Below the pieces are notes generated by a model. The model did no database searches. It saw nothing but the letters and a program-made list of their open reading frames with translations, and was not told the origin of the DNA. A stretch of DNA of 59,943 nt. It comes from Gekko japonicus. Lineage: Eukaryota. The position numbers and the translations under genes are program-made. The DNA is taken from positions 42,041-101,983 of the forward strand of contig NW_015174376.1 in NCBI RefSeq assembly GCF_001447785.1, in the 5' to 3' direction. Shown piece after piece: positions 49,107 through 59,943 of the stretch (within the stretch, counting starts at the first letter, position 1; every line of letters starts with the position of its first letter).

Positions 49107-49750
49107 GATACATTTTCCCTTTCCCTCTAAATGAAATACTTTCAAATGAAGGAACGCCCATCTCTTTAGACTTCAAAAAACAGCAGCTGGGGGAAGCAAT
49201 TCGAACCAGGAGTCCAGAGAGAGAAGCTAACTGACCCTCTTGCTCCTTGTCGCTACTATTTGCCTTGCATGAAAGAGTGCCCTCCTGGAGGATAGAAAGA
49301 AGAAGTTTATCCCCTTCCCCATACTAGGTTTATACTCTGAACTGGGTCCCGTAGTTGCTAATAATGGGAACTTAAAGAGATGAGAAGTTTGATTACGGGT
49401 TCCAGTGTCTCATCTAGATGAGCCCTCTGAGTTTCTCAAATATTTACAGAACTAGAAAAGGCCGTTAAAGAAAGCAAAATGGTATCTGCCAGTACATTCA
49501 ACTAATTCAGCCCAAATTTCCTTGGGAGGGATAAAAATGTCTTTTTAAAAAGTTGCAGTGAGATTCAAGCAAACACAGCTGCAGCCCTGAGAAATTTAAT
49601 AGCCCATTGGCCTGACAAATTGAGTTCTGTATTAACAGTGCTACACCAACTTCCATAAAGGGACTTGTAAAAAAAAATAACAGATTGGTATTTGTATTTT
49701 TCTTTTTCTGGATATTAAACACCCATAGGAGAGAAGCTCAACAATCTATT

Positions 49751-50080
49751 AAAGGTTTCCCTTGCTCGGAAGCCAGTCGAAATCGACTCTAGGGGGTAGT
49801 GCTCATCTCTGTTTCCAAGCTGAAGAACCAGCATTGTCCAAAGACATTTCTGTGGCCATGTGGCTGGCATGACTGAACGCCGAGGTGCACAGAACACTGT
49901 TACCTTCCCACCAAAGCAGTACCTATTTATCTACTTGCAATTACTTGCTTTCGAACTACTAGGCTGGCAGGAGCTGGGGCCTGAGACGGGAGCTCACTCC
50001 GTCATGCGGCACTAGGGTCTCAAACTGCCGAACTACAGACCTTTCGGTCTGCAGCTTAGCGTCTTAACCTCTGAGCCACC
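49751..50080 (-). mobile_element. Sauria SINE, near full length
   Basis: Tail AAAGGT, conserved core, tRNA-like head ...TTAACCTCTGAGCCACC. Confidence 0.92.
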
Positions 50081-50362
50081 ATTTTTTAAAATGATCATTA
50101 AACATTTAGGACGATCAGAAATTGCCTTATTTGAGGTCGGATCACTGGTCCATCTAGACTAGTGCTGTCTTCAAGGTCTCTGGCATCCTTGCAAACTAAA
50201 ACCTTTCAACTGGACTTCTCCTGGATGGAGCCTGGAATCTCGAGTATGCAATGTGACTTCAGGTGACAGGATGTTAACCGCAAAAGGGAATGCGTAGGGA
50301 ATACACACACTGCTGAAGATAATTAAAGGAAATGAATGTGACATTTTGCTAGTAGTTTCATA

Positions 50363-50557
50363 GGGTAGCCCCATTAGGCTGCAGTAGAACAACTGGATTT
50401 GAGTCCAGCGGCACCTGAGAGACCAACAAGATTTTGAGGGTATGAGTTTTCGAGAGTCAAGCTCCAGTGAAGGGAGCTTTGATGCTTGAAAGTTTATAGC
50501 CTGAAAATCTTGTTGGTCTCTAAGATGCCACTGGACTGGAATCCAGCTATTCTGCTA
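50363..50557. mobile_element. Palindromic element made of inverted Penelope-type terminal repeats
   Basis: Arms ...GAGTCCAGCGGCACCTGAGAGACCAACAAGATTTT... and ...AAAATCTTGTTGGTCTCTAAGATGCCACTGGACT...; similar to Penelope ends at 8830-8915 and 32246-32300. Confidence 0.75.
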
Positions 50558-51729
50558 ATATGTACCATGATTTGGCACATATGAGGGAAAGCCATTTTTA
50601 ACCAGGCCACTTTTTTTAAGGAACAGCATAAATTTGTCTTTCTTGTGCTATACAATGAGTCAAAAGCAGTTCAATTCTTGATAAACTCTCCAAGGTCTAG
50701 AACAGGAATTACCCAGTTTCATTTGATGCACTTGTTAAAATAATTAGCCAAATTCATCTTGGCATTTTATTTATTTTGATCTGTTAAACAAAAATAAAAT
50801 GAGACTACGAAGCAGAAGTGCTCTGGTATCGTTGCATTTTTTTTTCTTTGAAGCATTTTGAATGCTTGAAAGTTTATAGCCTGAAAATCTATATTCTAGG
50901 GCTCTGATGCTGCTTAAAAGGAATTTGGAAACACACCCCTTCATTTTGGGATTCCATCTATCTCTGCCTGATTTGTTTGCAAGGATGGGCTGACCCTGAC
51001 CCCAGCAGGATAAAATGGTGCCAAAATATAATTGGCAGAATATGGGGTAAAGTTGGTAGTGCAAGTGCATTGCTGTGCACTATTGGTGCTAGAGGTTCGA
51101 GGTGGTTTCTGTTAACCACATTAAAAAAATGGGAATGGACTGTGGGGTCATGTTGACCCTTCCCATCACCTCCCATGTCTAAAGTGGATTTCTCCTTCCT
51201 GCCTCAGCCTCAGTTAAATGTTGCATTAGCAACTACTTTTAACATTACCCAGAGTCCTCATTTAAACAAGACTGAGAACCAGGGTTTGAACCAGCTTACT
51301 GCCCAGCCATAGCTCTGTGTGTCATTCTAGGGCACCTAACAGAGTAGCACCCCAAAACTCAAAATTTGGGTCCCCTTTTGTTCATGATACACTGGTTGTT
51401 CACAATCTTCCTTCCACGGACTTCTACACGTCTGGATGGTAAATATCGCCCCATAACTCCCTCTATATCTCTAAGCTCCTCCATTTATCTGTAGCTTTGT
51501 TTGCATGTGTTATTTTATTGGTTTAGTGTGTATGATCTACATTTAACCAGTATTTTTCAATAAAACAATCTTCCTTCAGACTTAGTCCTGATAATTTTGA
51601 GAATCTTCCTCTTTGAAACTGACCCTGGTATACACAGGTGTAGATCCCAACTTTTATGCCCATTTTGTCAGTTCCGTCTCCTAATTCCCCTCATCTACAA
51701 CAGAGACTGACCAGTTTGGGTAACAGATT

Positions 51730-52483
51730 GGTGCATAGTGCGGCAAAATATGGTGCTTCAGTGTGACTCAACAGCCCTATGTCCACAAACTTGATGTCCA
51801 ACTCCATACAACAATGAGAATCATTGTGGATGTATTAAACCCACTCTGACCTATTGGCTACCCACGTTGTGCCACATTGCTCCCCCACATCTCCAAAGAC
51901 AAAATGCTCTTCTTTGTGAATATAGGAAGATAACTGAAAACAGAGAGTTGTCCATCCACAAAGGTATGGGTGATGCGGGCCTATCCAGACTAAGATCCCA
52001 ACACCCAGCAATAAGGTCTGCACAAATCCTGCAATCACAAAATTTCGATTTAGGAAATGAATGTTTGCTAACATGGATGCAATCAGTTCCACCCAATATC
52101 CATAACCTGATAAACACTAACAAGAGGCCTGCAGGATTTGACTTGCCACATAAAGTATGGAAGATGGCTAATAGAATACGAACAGGCTTTAGCAGTTGTG
52201 CAGACCTGTTGTTTAAATGTGGCAAAATACCAGGATCCAATTGTGGGACAGCTTGCCAAACTATTTTTCATCTGTCACAGGAATATGAGCATTGTGCTTT
52301 TCAGGGAGATGTGACGGAGCTCTTTGAACTCTCCCCAGCTGTGATTGAGTGGACTGAAAATTTAGATATTAGTATTTAAGGGGATTGCCCAATCAATCTG
52401 CATACCCATAGCTATCCACTCAGTTACGTATTTTATGTTATTATATGCTTCCTGTGTGTAACTCTTCTATATGATAAATAATA
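51730..52483 (+). mobile_element. Vingi (Ingi-related) LINE 3' fragment, degraded
   Basis: QLHTTMRII..CIKPT..WLP.LCHIAPPHL, GFDLPHKVWKMANRIRTG..C, QTIFHL, EW..NLDI; (TAA) tail. Confidence 0.75.
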
Positions 52484-54485
52484 ACTGCTGTTTTTTAACT
52501 GCAGGTGACTGGGCCCCAGCATTAATTCTCCACTGGCCCTATCATCCAATTAATAGATGTGCTGCAGATTTTGTAGAAAGGAAGTATTTCTTCATATAGC
52601 ACATAATAGATGTCCTCATGTTCTTCATCACAATGATGACAGTCTGGCCTCACCCCTATGGCAAGGACAACATAGTCATAATTAAGCCTTTTGAAATAAA
52701 TAGGGAAGCCTACAGCTAACTTGAGTTTCACAGTGGTTGAGTTAACTTCCCCTGGTTTGGGGTAACATTATTTAAAACTGACTTTCAGACTTCCAAATTG
52801 GACTCTTTTATTCATTGGCGATTCCATTTAGCTACCATGGCTAAAAGCCACTGATAGATTTATCATGTCTAAATATGTCAAATCCTTTAAAATTCATCTT
52901 CACTAGTGAGGCCATCACCATATTGGGTTGGAAAATGCTTTTCTACTCATGAAGAAACTGCCTGTTCATTGAAGGACTCCTCCATGAACCGAAGGTCATG
53001 TTTCCTGATGCTTTTATAATGATTTTCCTGAAATGCATTGATACCTTTCACCATTACCTTATACTAATAATACATAATAAGCAGACTTTATTATAAAAGG
53101 ACAAAGTAATGTTTTGCTTGTGCCTTAATGGAGCTACAAGCTTATTTCAATTCATATTAGATATCCTAAAAATGGAAACATTTTCACAATCCTATTAAAC
53201 AATCCATAGTAAATGCCCTATCCATGTGTTTTCCATATGTTCTCCAACACCCATATCAATCAGTTTTCAAATTAGAAGTAGCCCATTATATATCTTCAGG
53301 AGTATTTGTGCCTCAGTCTCGTTACTTCATTCTTTTACAGAGGTTGCATAAGCAAAGGCGAAGCAGCTGTGAATCACTGCATCCAAACTGACAAATTTGT
53401 CCAAGGTGAAAAACAGATGTTTTGCAAATTTATTCCCTCTTTCCTCATGACAATGAAGCAAGCCTCAATGCTAGAATTAGATTTCTTTTTTTACCCAGAT
53501 GGTCTGTCGCCATGGGAATAGTGGCCAAAGGCCCATTTTCACAGGAAAAAGGAGACAGTGCAATAGTACAGATTTTCCTTACATATGAGTCTGAACATGG
53601 TGGGGCTCAGTGAAGCTCTGACAAAAAAAATCCAACAGTCTGAAAATGTTCTGGAACACATCCGGACAAGAAATGATTTTAAAAACAAGATAGACAGATG
53701 CAATGGGGGTGGTGGTGGCAAGTGGGCTGATCTCACAGTGCTAAAAGTCTTACGTTCACTAAAAATAGCTACCAGGCTTATTTTTGCTGTGCTCAGAGCA
53801 GTCACACAGATGCCAGGTCACACTCTCACTTGCCTCCTGTGCTGTGTTTGCAGATTCCATTCCACCCTCCAGATACAATGATTCTCCTATCTTCCCTGCC
53901 TTTCAGCCAAATGAGGCAATTTGACATAAGTCCAAGAGGTCCATTCCAGGCTTGGGGAGGGGGGAGTTATTTGTTTGCTTAACTCACAGTGGAACGTCTT
54001 CTTTTTTAAAAATCACATCATTTCTCTGAGTAAACCTGGCAAGAGAAAATGTCCCACCATAAAAGCAGGAAATGCATCTAGATTTTTGGAATGTAAATTG
54101 CAAACCCAGACACCTCCACTCTCACAAAAACAAATTTTCCAAGAGTTTTAATGAGAAGAGGAACCTACTAGCTCATCTAACTTGTCTTCTGACTGTTCAT
54201 GTTAAGTGTGAGAATAAGTGCAGCACTGTAAGAGAACACAGAGTCTGGCCCATGACGCAAACATCCAGTGATCTTCTCTGTTCTTGTTGCCTATCTCCGC
54301 CCATCTTCGACCATCTCCATAAGCATACCTACTTATAAAAACTGAGATCTAAAGCCAATTCATATGTGCCTCTCCCTCAGCACTCAGTAACTCAGCTGAA
54401 TGTATAAACAGTTATCACTGAAAAGTTATTTAGTTACCGCATTTACTACTTGCTTTTCAGCAATGTTCACAATGCAAGTTACAGC

Positions 54486-54670
54486 TAGAGTTGCCAGCCT
54501 CCAGGAAGGGAGGATTACAACTGTATTCTGGATGACAGTGATCAGTTCCCCTGGAGAAAATGGCTCCTTTAGAGGATGGACTCTGTGGCATTATATCATG
54601 CTGGAGTCCCTCCCCTCCTCAGGCTCTGCCCCAAAATCTCCAGGAATCTCCCAAAATGGAGTTGGCAACT
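54486..54670 (+). mobile_element. GTTGCCA-family MITE
   Basis: TAGAGTTGCCAG...GTTGGCAAC ends. Confidence 0.78.
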
Positions 54671-55249
54671 GTTATGTACTGAGCCTGTTGCCTTGCAACA
54701 CGATGCTACCAGAGAAAGGATGAGCTTAAGGAGGAAATACAATAGATCATCAGGATCCTGGCAGCCACCAATTAGGATGCAATATTGTGTAAATAGCCTA
54801 TTGTTAGGAGTGGGTGTTTGATGGGTAACATTGTCCCAATGTCCAGTTTAAAATATCTCAGATGGAGTAACTTTGAGATTTAATATATTGATAGGTTGAA
54901 CAAGCTTTTATGGCTGACTTGAGCAATTTCAGTTTTATTTTCTGTGCATCAAACCCCCAAAATGATTGTCAAGCACCTTTTCAGACAGAATATGAAAGAG
55001 TGAAGAAATTAGAGAAATGTGCATGTGTGACTTCCTTTGGCACAATATGGGGCCGGGGGGGAACAAAGGTGCCAAGGTGACTGGCATCTCATGAAAATTC
55101 ATGAAAATATATGGCTTTTCCCTTTGTTGTGTTACAAAACCCACGTTGGAACAGAAATTCCCCTCTGCATTACATGCTGCTTTCAATTCCTTTGATCATC
55201 AGATTTTATTGTACCTTCTGCATAGATTTATGTCCATTTTATGGCCGTT

Positions 55250-55562
55250 CAGAGGTACCTTTGCCGTCAGTACGGCATTGCCCCGAGGTATTTGGATGTG
55301 GTTTTGAGCTGCACTTTTTCCTCCCAGTTGCTAGATGCAGAATCGCCCCCTGTCTTTCCTCTACAAGCCAGTGGAGAATTCTTTATTTTGTCTGGCATTC
55401 ACTCACTGGACTCACTAACTCTCCTCCCTGTTTGTGTGCTTGCATGTGCTTATGAATTTATATGTTTTATTTAATTGTTATATGTATATATAACGTCTGG
55501 AATGTTTTAATGACTGCCACCTTGGGGACACTGAGTTTGACAGAATGTTTTAAATAAATAAA
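55250..55562 (+). mobile_element. Old L2-type 3' end
   Basis: GCCACCTTGGGGAC...TTTTAAATAAATAAA tail resembling the other L2 ends. Confidence 0.5.
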
Positions 55563-55584
55563 TTCCACCATAGGAAAATCCTCG

Positions 55585-56045
55585 AGGTGTGGGGGTGGAG
55601 CATAATGAGATCAGAATTTGGAGAGGAAGTTCAGCGGGGTTGTGGTGCCACAGGCTTCACCCTCCAAAGCTGCCATTTCTTCCAGGTGAACTGAATTCTG
55701 TAATCTGGACATCAGTTGTAATTCTGAGAGAATGCCGGGCCCTTCCTTGAGGTTTGCAAACCTTGAGGTCTTGAGGTCTACCAGAGTAGACCACAAGTAT
55801 CACAGACTTCCCAGTACCACCTTCCAGACTCTCTGAAAAGATAGCAGTGGAATCACCATAACAGGGTTGCCAGTTTTGGGTTGAGAAATTCCTGGAGATT
55901 TGGAGATAGACCCTAGGAAGGACAGGGTTTGGGGATAGGAAGAACTTCAGCAAGGTATAATGCCACAGAGCCCACACTCCAGCCACTTTTTCTAGGGGGA
56001 ACAGATCTCTGTCATATGGAGGTCAGTTGTAAGATATATCCAGGC
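55585..56045 (-). mobile_element. Two GTTGCCA-family MITEs (55585-55764, 55862-56045)
   Basis: CAGGGTTGCCAG...CCTGGAGATTTGG; CCCTCCAAAGCTGCCATTT...GGTGAACTG. Confidence 0.7.
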
Positions 56046-56139
56046 CAGAAGAATACCATGGTCAATAATATTAAAAACTGAGAGATCTGAAAGAGGTCAG
56101 ATTACCCTTGTCCATCTACTGACAAGGATCATCTGCAAA

Positions 56140-56400
56140 TGCAACAGTTTTGATACTGAACCCCAGGCCTAAAACCAGTGTGAAGTGGATCCATTACTGA
56201 ATTTCATACATGTTGCTCAGCCACACAGTATTTGACCATTTCAGTTAGAAAACAATGGTTTGAAACAAGTCTGTAGTCCCTTTGGTCTTGAGGATTGATG
56301 GAGGGCTTTTCCAGCGGTGGCCTTATAACATCCTTCTGCCTTAGAAAAGTTTTATATGGGATGGGGAAGGCTGTGATACCATCTCGAAGAGTCTGGCATA
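56140..56400 (-). mobile_element. L2 RT fragment
   Basis: VIRPPLEKPSINP....YRLVSN..FL. Confidence 0.6.
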
Positions 56401-56689
56401 ACTCTGATCCTGAAGCAGAACTAAAAATTAATTTGGACTTCGATAAGAGGAAAGGAAATTGCAAAATAGATTAACTCTGATAGCCTGTTGTTTATTTTAT
56501 GATATTTACACATTAGTTAAAGAGACTGTGATTGCTTGCTTGACATTTTTGCATTAGTAATCTTAATGTTCTACTACTAAGATAACAGAGACGTATCAAT
56601 AACTTTATATGTATTATGGATCCTTGTTACTCTTTATTTTAGGTTGTTCCATTACCCTGACCCTGTAGTTTTGTAGATTAGAAGTTTTA

Positions 56690-56980
56690 TATGGGTTCGT
56701 TCATATGGGCAGCTAAACTTTTTGCGCATGTACATAGATGTGATATCACGGCCTTGTTTATCCGCGCATGCGCAGAATCAAGATTTTTTAAAAATGGCAC
56801 CCATTCGGGATGGTCTAATTGCACACTGGAACAATCAGATGGGGGCAAGTCCGCGATTGGCCCGTCGGAACCAAAAACTCCAGATTTTAACTAGTACCTT
56901 TTTAGTATGGCTCCGAAGTGCAGCAAAACGGGATGCTCATGGAAGACGGACGTTTGCCAGATGTTAATGTCTGAACAATT
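56690..56980. mobile_element. CpG-rich MITE-like segment (unclassified)
   Basis: Abrupt CpG-rich patch in AT-rich DNA; weak GTTCA(G/T)A..TGAAC ends; GCGCATGCGC palindrome. Confidence 0.4.
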
Positions 56981-58339
56981 TCTCCCAGTCTGCTGATACA
57001 AGTCATTATGAGATGGAGGGCTAAAATAACATGTTGTAGGATAAACCAATTCAAGTACCTTTTCCACATCCTTGAGTGTCAAAGGTATCCAGCAATAACA
57101 AAGTAATGAGTTTAGCATGACGAAATGTGAAAAGAAATTTCATCTGTGATAGCAGTTTTGTATATGCAGACAACCACTTGAAAATGAAAACATCAATTGA
57201 TGTACATGTATTTGTGAATTCACAGTTAACATTTAAGCCCCTTATTCTCACTATCCAATAAATCCAATAAAGTCAATAAAATGAAAGTTTAATATCTGCA
57301 TATATATATAGATCAATGCTAAAAATATTGAGATGCTCCACACTGCTGGCCTATAATGCTGAACTTACTCTAATAAAGATGAACAAATGTTCACTAGTTA
57401 ATTGTATAGGCTCTCTGCTTTTCTCTGATGGTGTTACAGAGTAATTTGCATTGTATACATGTCATATAGTTTTATATACTCTTATTAACAGCACTTATCT
57501 GTATAATTAACATAATTTATATGTACATCTTTTGTATAATGCTTACTCACTGAAGCACAAATAATGTTGAAATGTATACATTTTATGGAGAAATTTCAGT
57601 ATGAGGATCCAGGAAATAATGTTGAAATGTAAATAGGGCAAATTGGAAACCGGCCGAGAAACCGGGTTGAGAAATTCCTGGAAGAGATCTGATGTAAACA
57701 CAGAGGGGAAATCTTTAAAACCAGTGCTTCCCACTAAGCTGGTAAAATTTCAGATTTGTATTCACACAAAGTGCACACAACTTGTAAAACTAAAGAGAAA
57801 AATGTTATTCCTTGGGCACATCTGCAAAAAATGTCACATATAATTGTCCTGTGTGAACCAGAACTGTGGTTGACAACCAATGCAGATCACAGCTTCAGCT
57901 GGCACCTCTGGGCTTCAGTACAGATGGGCTCTATCACTCAGGCTGCACACACCATTAAATTATAGGCTACAGCAATTTCCTAGGTAAAGATAGCAATAAA
58001 GAAGGGAGCAAGAGAACCAAAAGTAATTCTGCAAACTTTCCACTGTTGCCCAGGTACACTAATAACTACAGAGACTTGAAAATTAAATCGTTTGGGGAAA
58101 ATATAGCCATATAAACTATATTCTTTGAGAATTATTGCCACTTCTGTAAAGTTTTCAAAACTGAAAAACTGTGTATATAGTTGCCCTATATTATGCCCTT
58201 AAAAGGAGTTGCCTACCATAAGTTATTACTGAGATCTGGCAATGGAATAGCTGGCTTTATGTAAAAGTCATAATAATGCTCAGGACTGATTCAGTATTAC
58301 AAAATGTTCTAGTCTGAAGCTGGATTTATCTCAAGATGG

Positions 58340-59893
58340 AGAAGGAAATAAGGGGAGTGACTAAAGCAGATAATGTTGTAATATTGGGTGACTTTCACCC
58401 CCCTTACATTGACTGGGTAAACAAGTGTTGAGTCATTGCTGTAGGAATGAGATTCCTAGACATCAAAATTACTGGAACAGGTAGTCACAGAGCCAACCAG
58501 AGGAGTAGTGATCTTGGACTTAGTTCTGAGTGGGGCTCAAGAGCTGGTGAGAGATGTAGATGTCACTGCACCAATTAGGAGCAGTAACCACAATGCTATT
58601 AAGTTCAGCATTCTTTTCAATGGAAAGTTACCCTACAGTCCTAAACGGTAACATTTGATTACTAATGAGGAAAGTTTCCAAAAAAACTAGGGGAATAATT
58701 AAAAGGAAGCTGAAAGGAAAACACAAGACAGTCATATTTCTGGAAGATGCTTGAAAGCTTTTTAAAACCACGGTAATTGGTCCAGATAGAATGCATTCCC
58801 CAGGTTAGGAAAGGTACTGCCAAGTCTAAAAGAACACCTTCATGTATAACAACAAGTCAAGGAAACCATAAAAAGCAAAAAGCCTTCTTTTACAAAGTGG
58901 AAGGTCTGCCCCAACAAAGTGAACGGAAGGGAGAATGGGGTCTGGCAAAAGTATAAGTCAATAATCAGGTATGTGAAAAGTGAATTTGAAGGAGAGGATT
59001 GATAAAAGCTTCAAAGCAAATTATAAGCATTTATTTCAAGATATCCAGAGCAGGAAACTAGCTAGGAAAGCAGTTCAGACTTTGGATTACCAAGGAATAA
59101 AAAGATTGCTAAAGGAAGATGGGGCCATTACAGAGAAACTAAATGAATCCGTTGCATCTGTGTTCACTGTGAAAAGTGTGGGGAAAGTGCCAATGCCACA
59201 GCCACTGTTTTCAGGAAGGGAATCTGAAGTGCTGAGTCAAATTTAGATTATGAGAGATGGAGTTCTAGACATGATGGGGAAATTATGGGGAAATTAAAAA
59301 CAAGCAAGTGTCCAGGTTCTGATGGCATGCACCCAAGAGTTCTTAGGGAATTCAAATGTGAGATTTTTTAATTTACTAACATACATATCTAATTTGTCAC
59401 TAAAATCTGTACAAAAAAACTGGAGAGTAGCCAATGTTACACCAATTTTCAGAAAGGGATCCAGAGGGAACTTTCTGGGCAACAATGAGTGAGTGGACAA
59501 CAATGTGGCAATCCAGTTCAATGCAGGTAAGCGTAAAGTGATGCACACTAGAACAAAAAAAAATCCAGCTTCAAGTATATGCTAATTGGGTCTGTACTTG
59601 CTAAGGCTGAGAGAGAAAAGCTCCTTGAGGTGATAGTGGATAGTTCAATGGAGACATCAACCCAGTGCGCTACAGCAGTGAAAAAGGCAAACTCTGCTAG
59701 GCATTATTAGGAAAGAGACTGCAAAGAAAAAAAACACCAGTATTATAATGTCCCTATGTAGATCTATGATGCAGATTCATTTCAAATACAATGTGCAGTT
59801 GTGGTCACCATATCACAGAAATGGAAAGGTAAAGAAGAGGGCAATCAAGGGTTACAGTAGATTTCTTCTGAGAAAAGGCTGAAGAATCTGGGA
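58340..59893 (+). mobile_element. Degraded CR1 LINE (endonuclease to C-terminus, RT core deleted)
   Basis: ILGDF..PYIDW, EPTRG.VILDLVL, IRSSNHNAIKF, PG.DGMHPRVL, WRVANVTPIFRKGSR, then jumps to FNAGKRKVMH, VQLWSP. Confidence 0.88.
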
Positions 59894-59943
59894 TAGGGAT
59901 GGGCACAAACTTGATTACAAACTAAAGTTTGTCATGAATTTTG
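59894..59943. mobile_element. Start of a TAGGGATGGGCAC-family element (cut by window edge)
   Basis: Same end as 10601. Confidence 0.6.

Noticed and set aside
52522-52731. ORF with a Cys/His cluster resembling a LINE C-terminal zinc knuckle
   Set aside because: Too degraded to assign to a family.

Overview
Vertebrate nuclear DNA, almost certainly squamate and probably a gecko (inferred from Sauria SINE, Squam3-like SINEs, BovB, Vingi and gecko-type MITEs). It has two assembly gaps. No host gene, tRNA/rRNA gene or CRISPR array can be supported; the window reads as intronic/intergenic sequence densely layered with mobile elements: L2, CR1, L1, RTE-BovB and Vingi LINE fragments, two Penelope-like GIY-YIG elements with hammerhead ribozyme motifs, four candidate solo LTRs, hAT and Harbinger-type MITEs with TIRs and TSDs, and SINEs. 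The most unusual region is 36.1-47.4 kb. (i) One L2 appears split by a 4.8-kb composite block flanked by a 16-bp duplication. The block holds two related copies of a short element with an L1-like 5' end, one ~175-aa acidic/coiled-coil/basic ORF and a poly(A) signal, one copy internally inverted: a candidate undescribed non-autonomous retroelement family. (ii) Two neighbouring LINE insertions are flanked by 110-bp and 154-bp duplications. (iii) A solo LTR carries an ORF whose CpG-decayed motif reconstructs to RRRSARLAA, HMGN-like. Family names come from my recognition of motifs, not from database searches.
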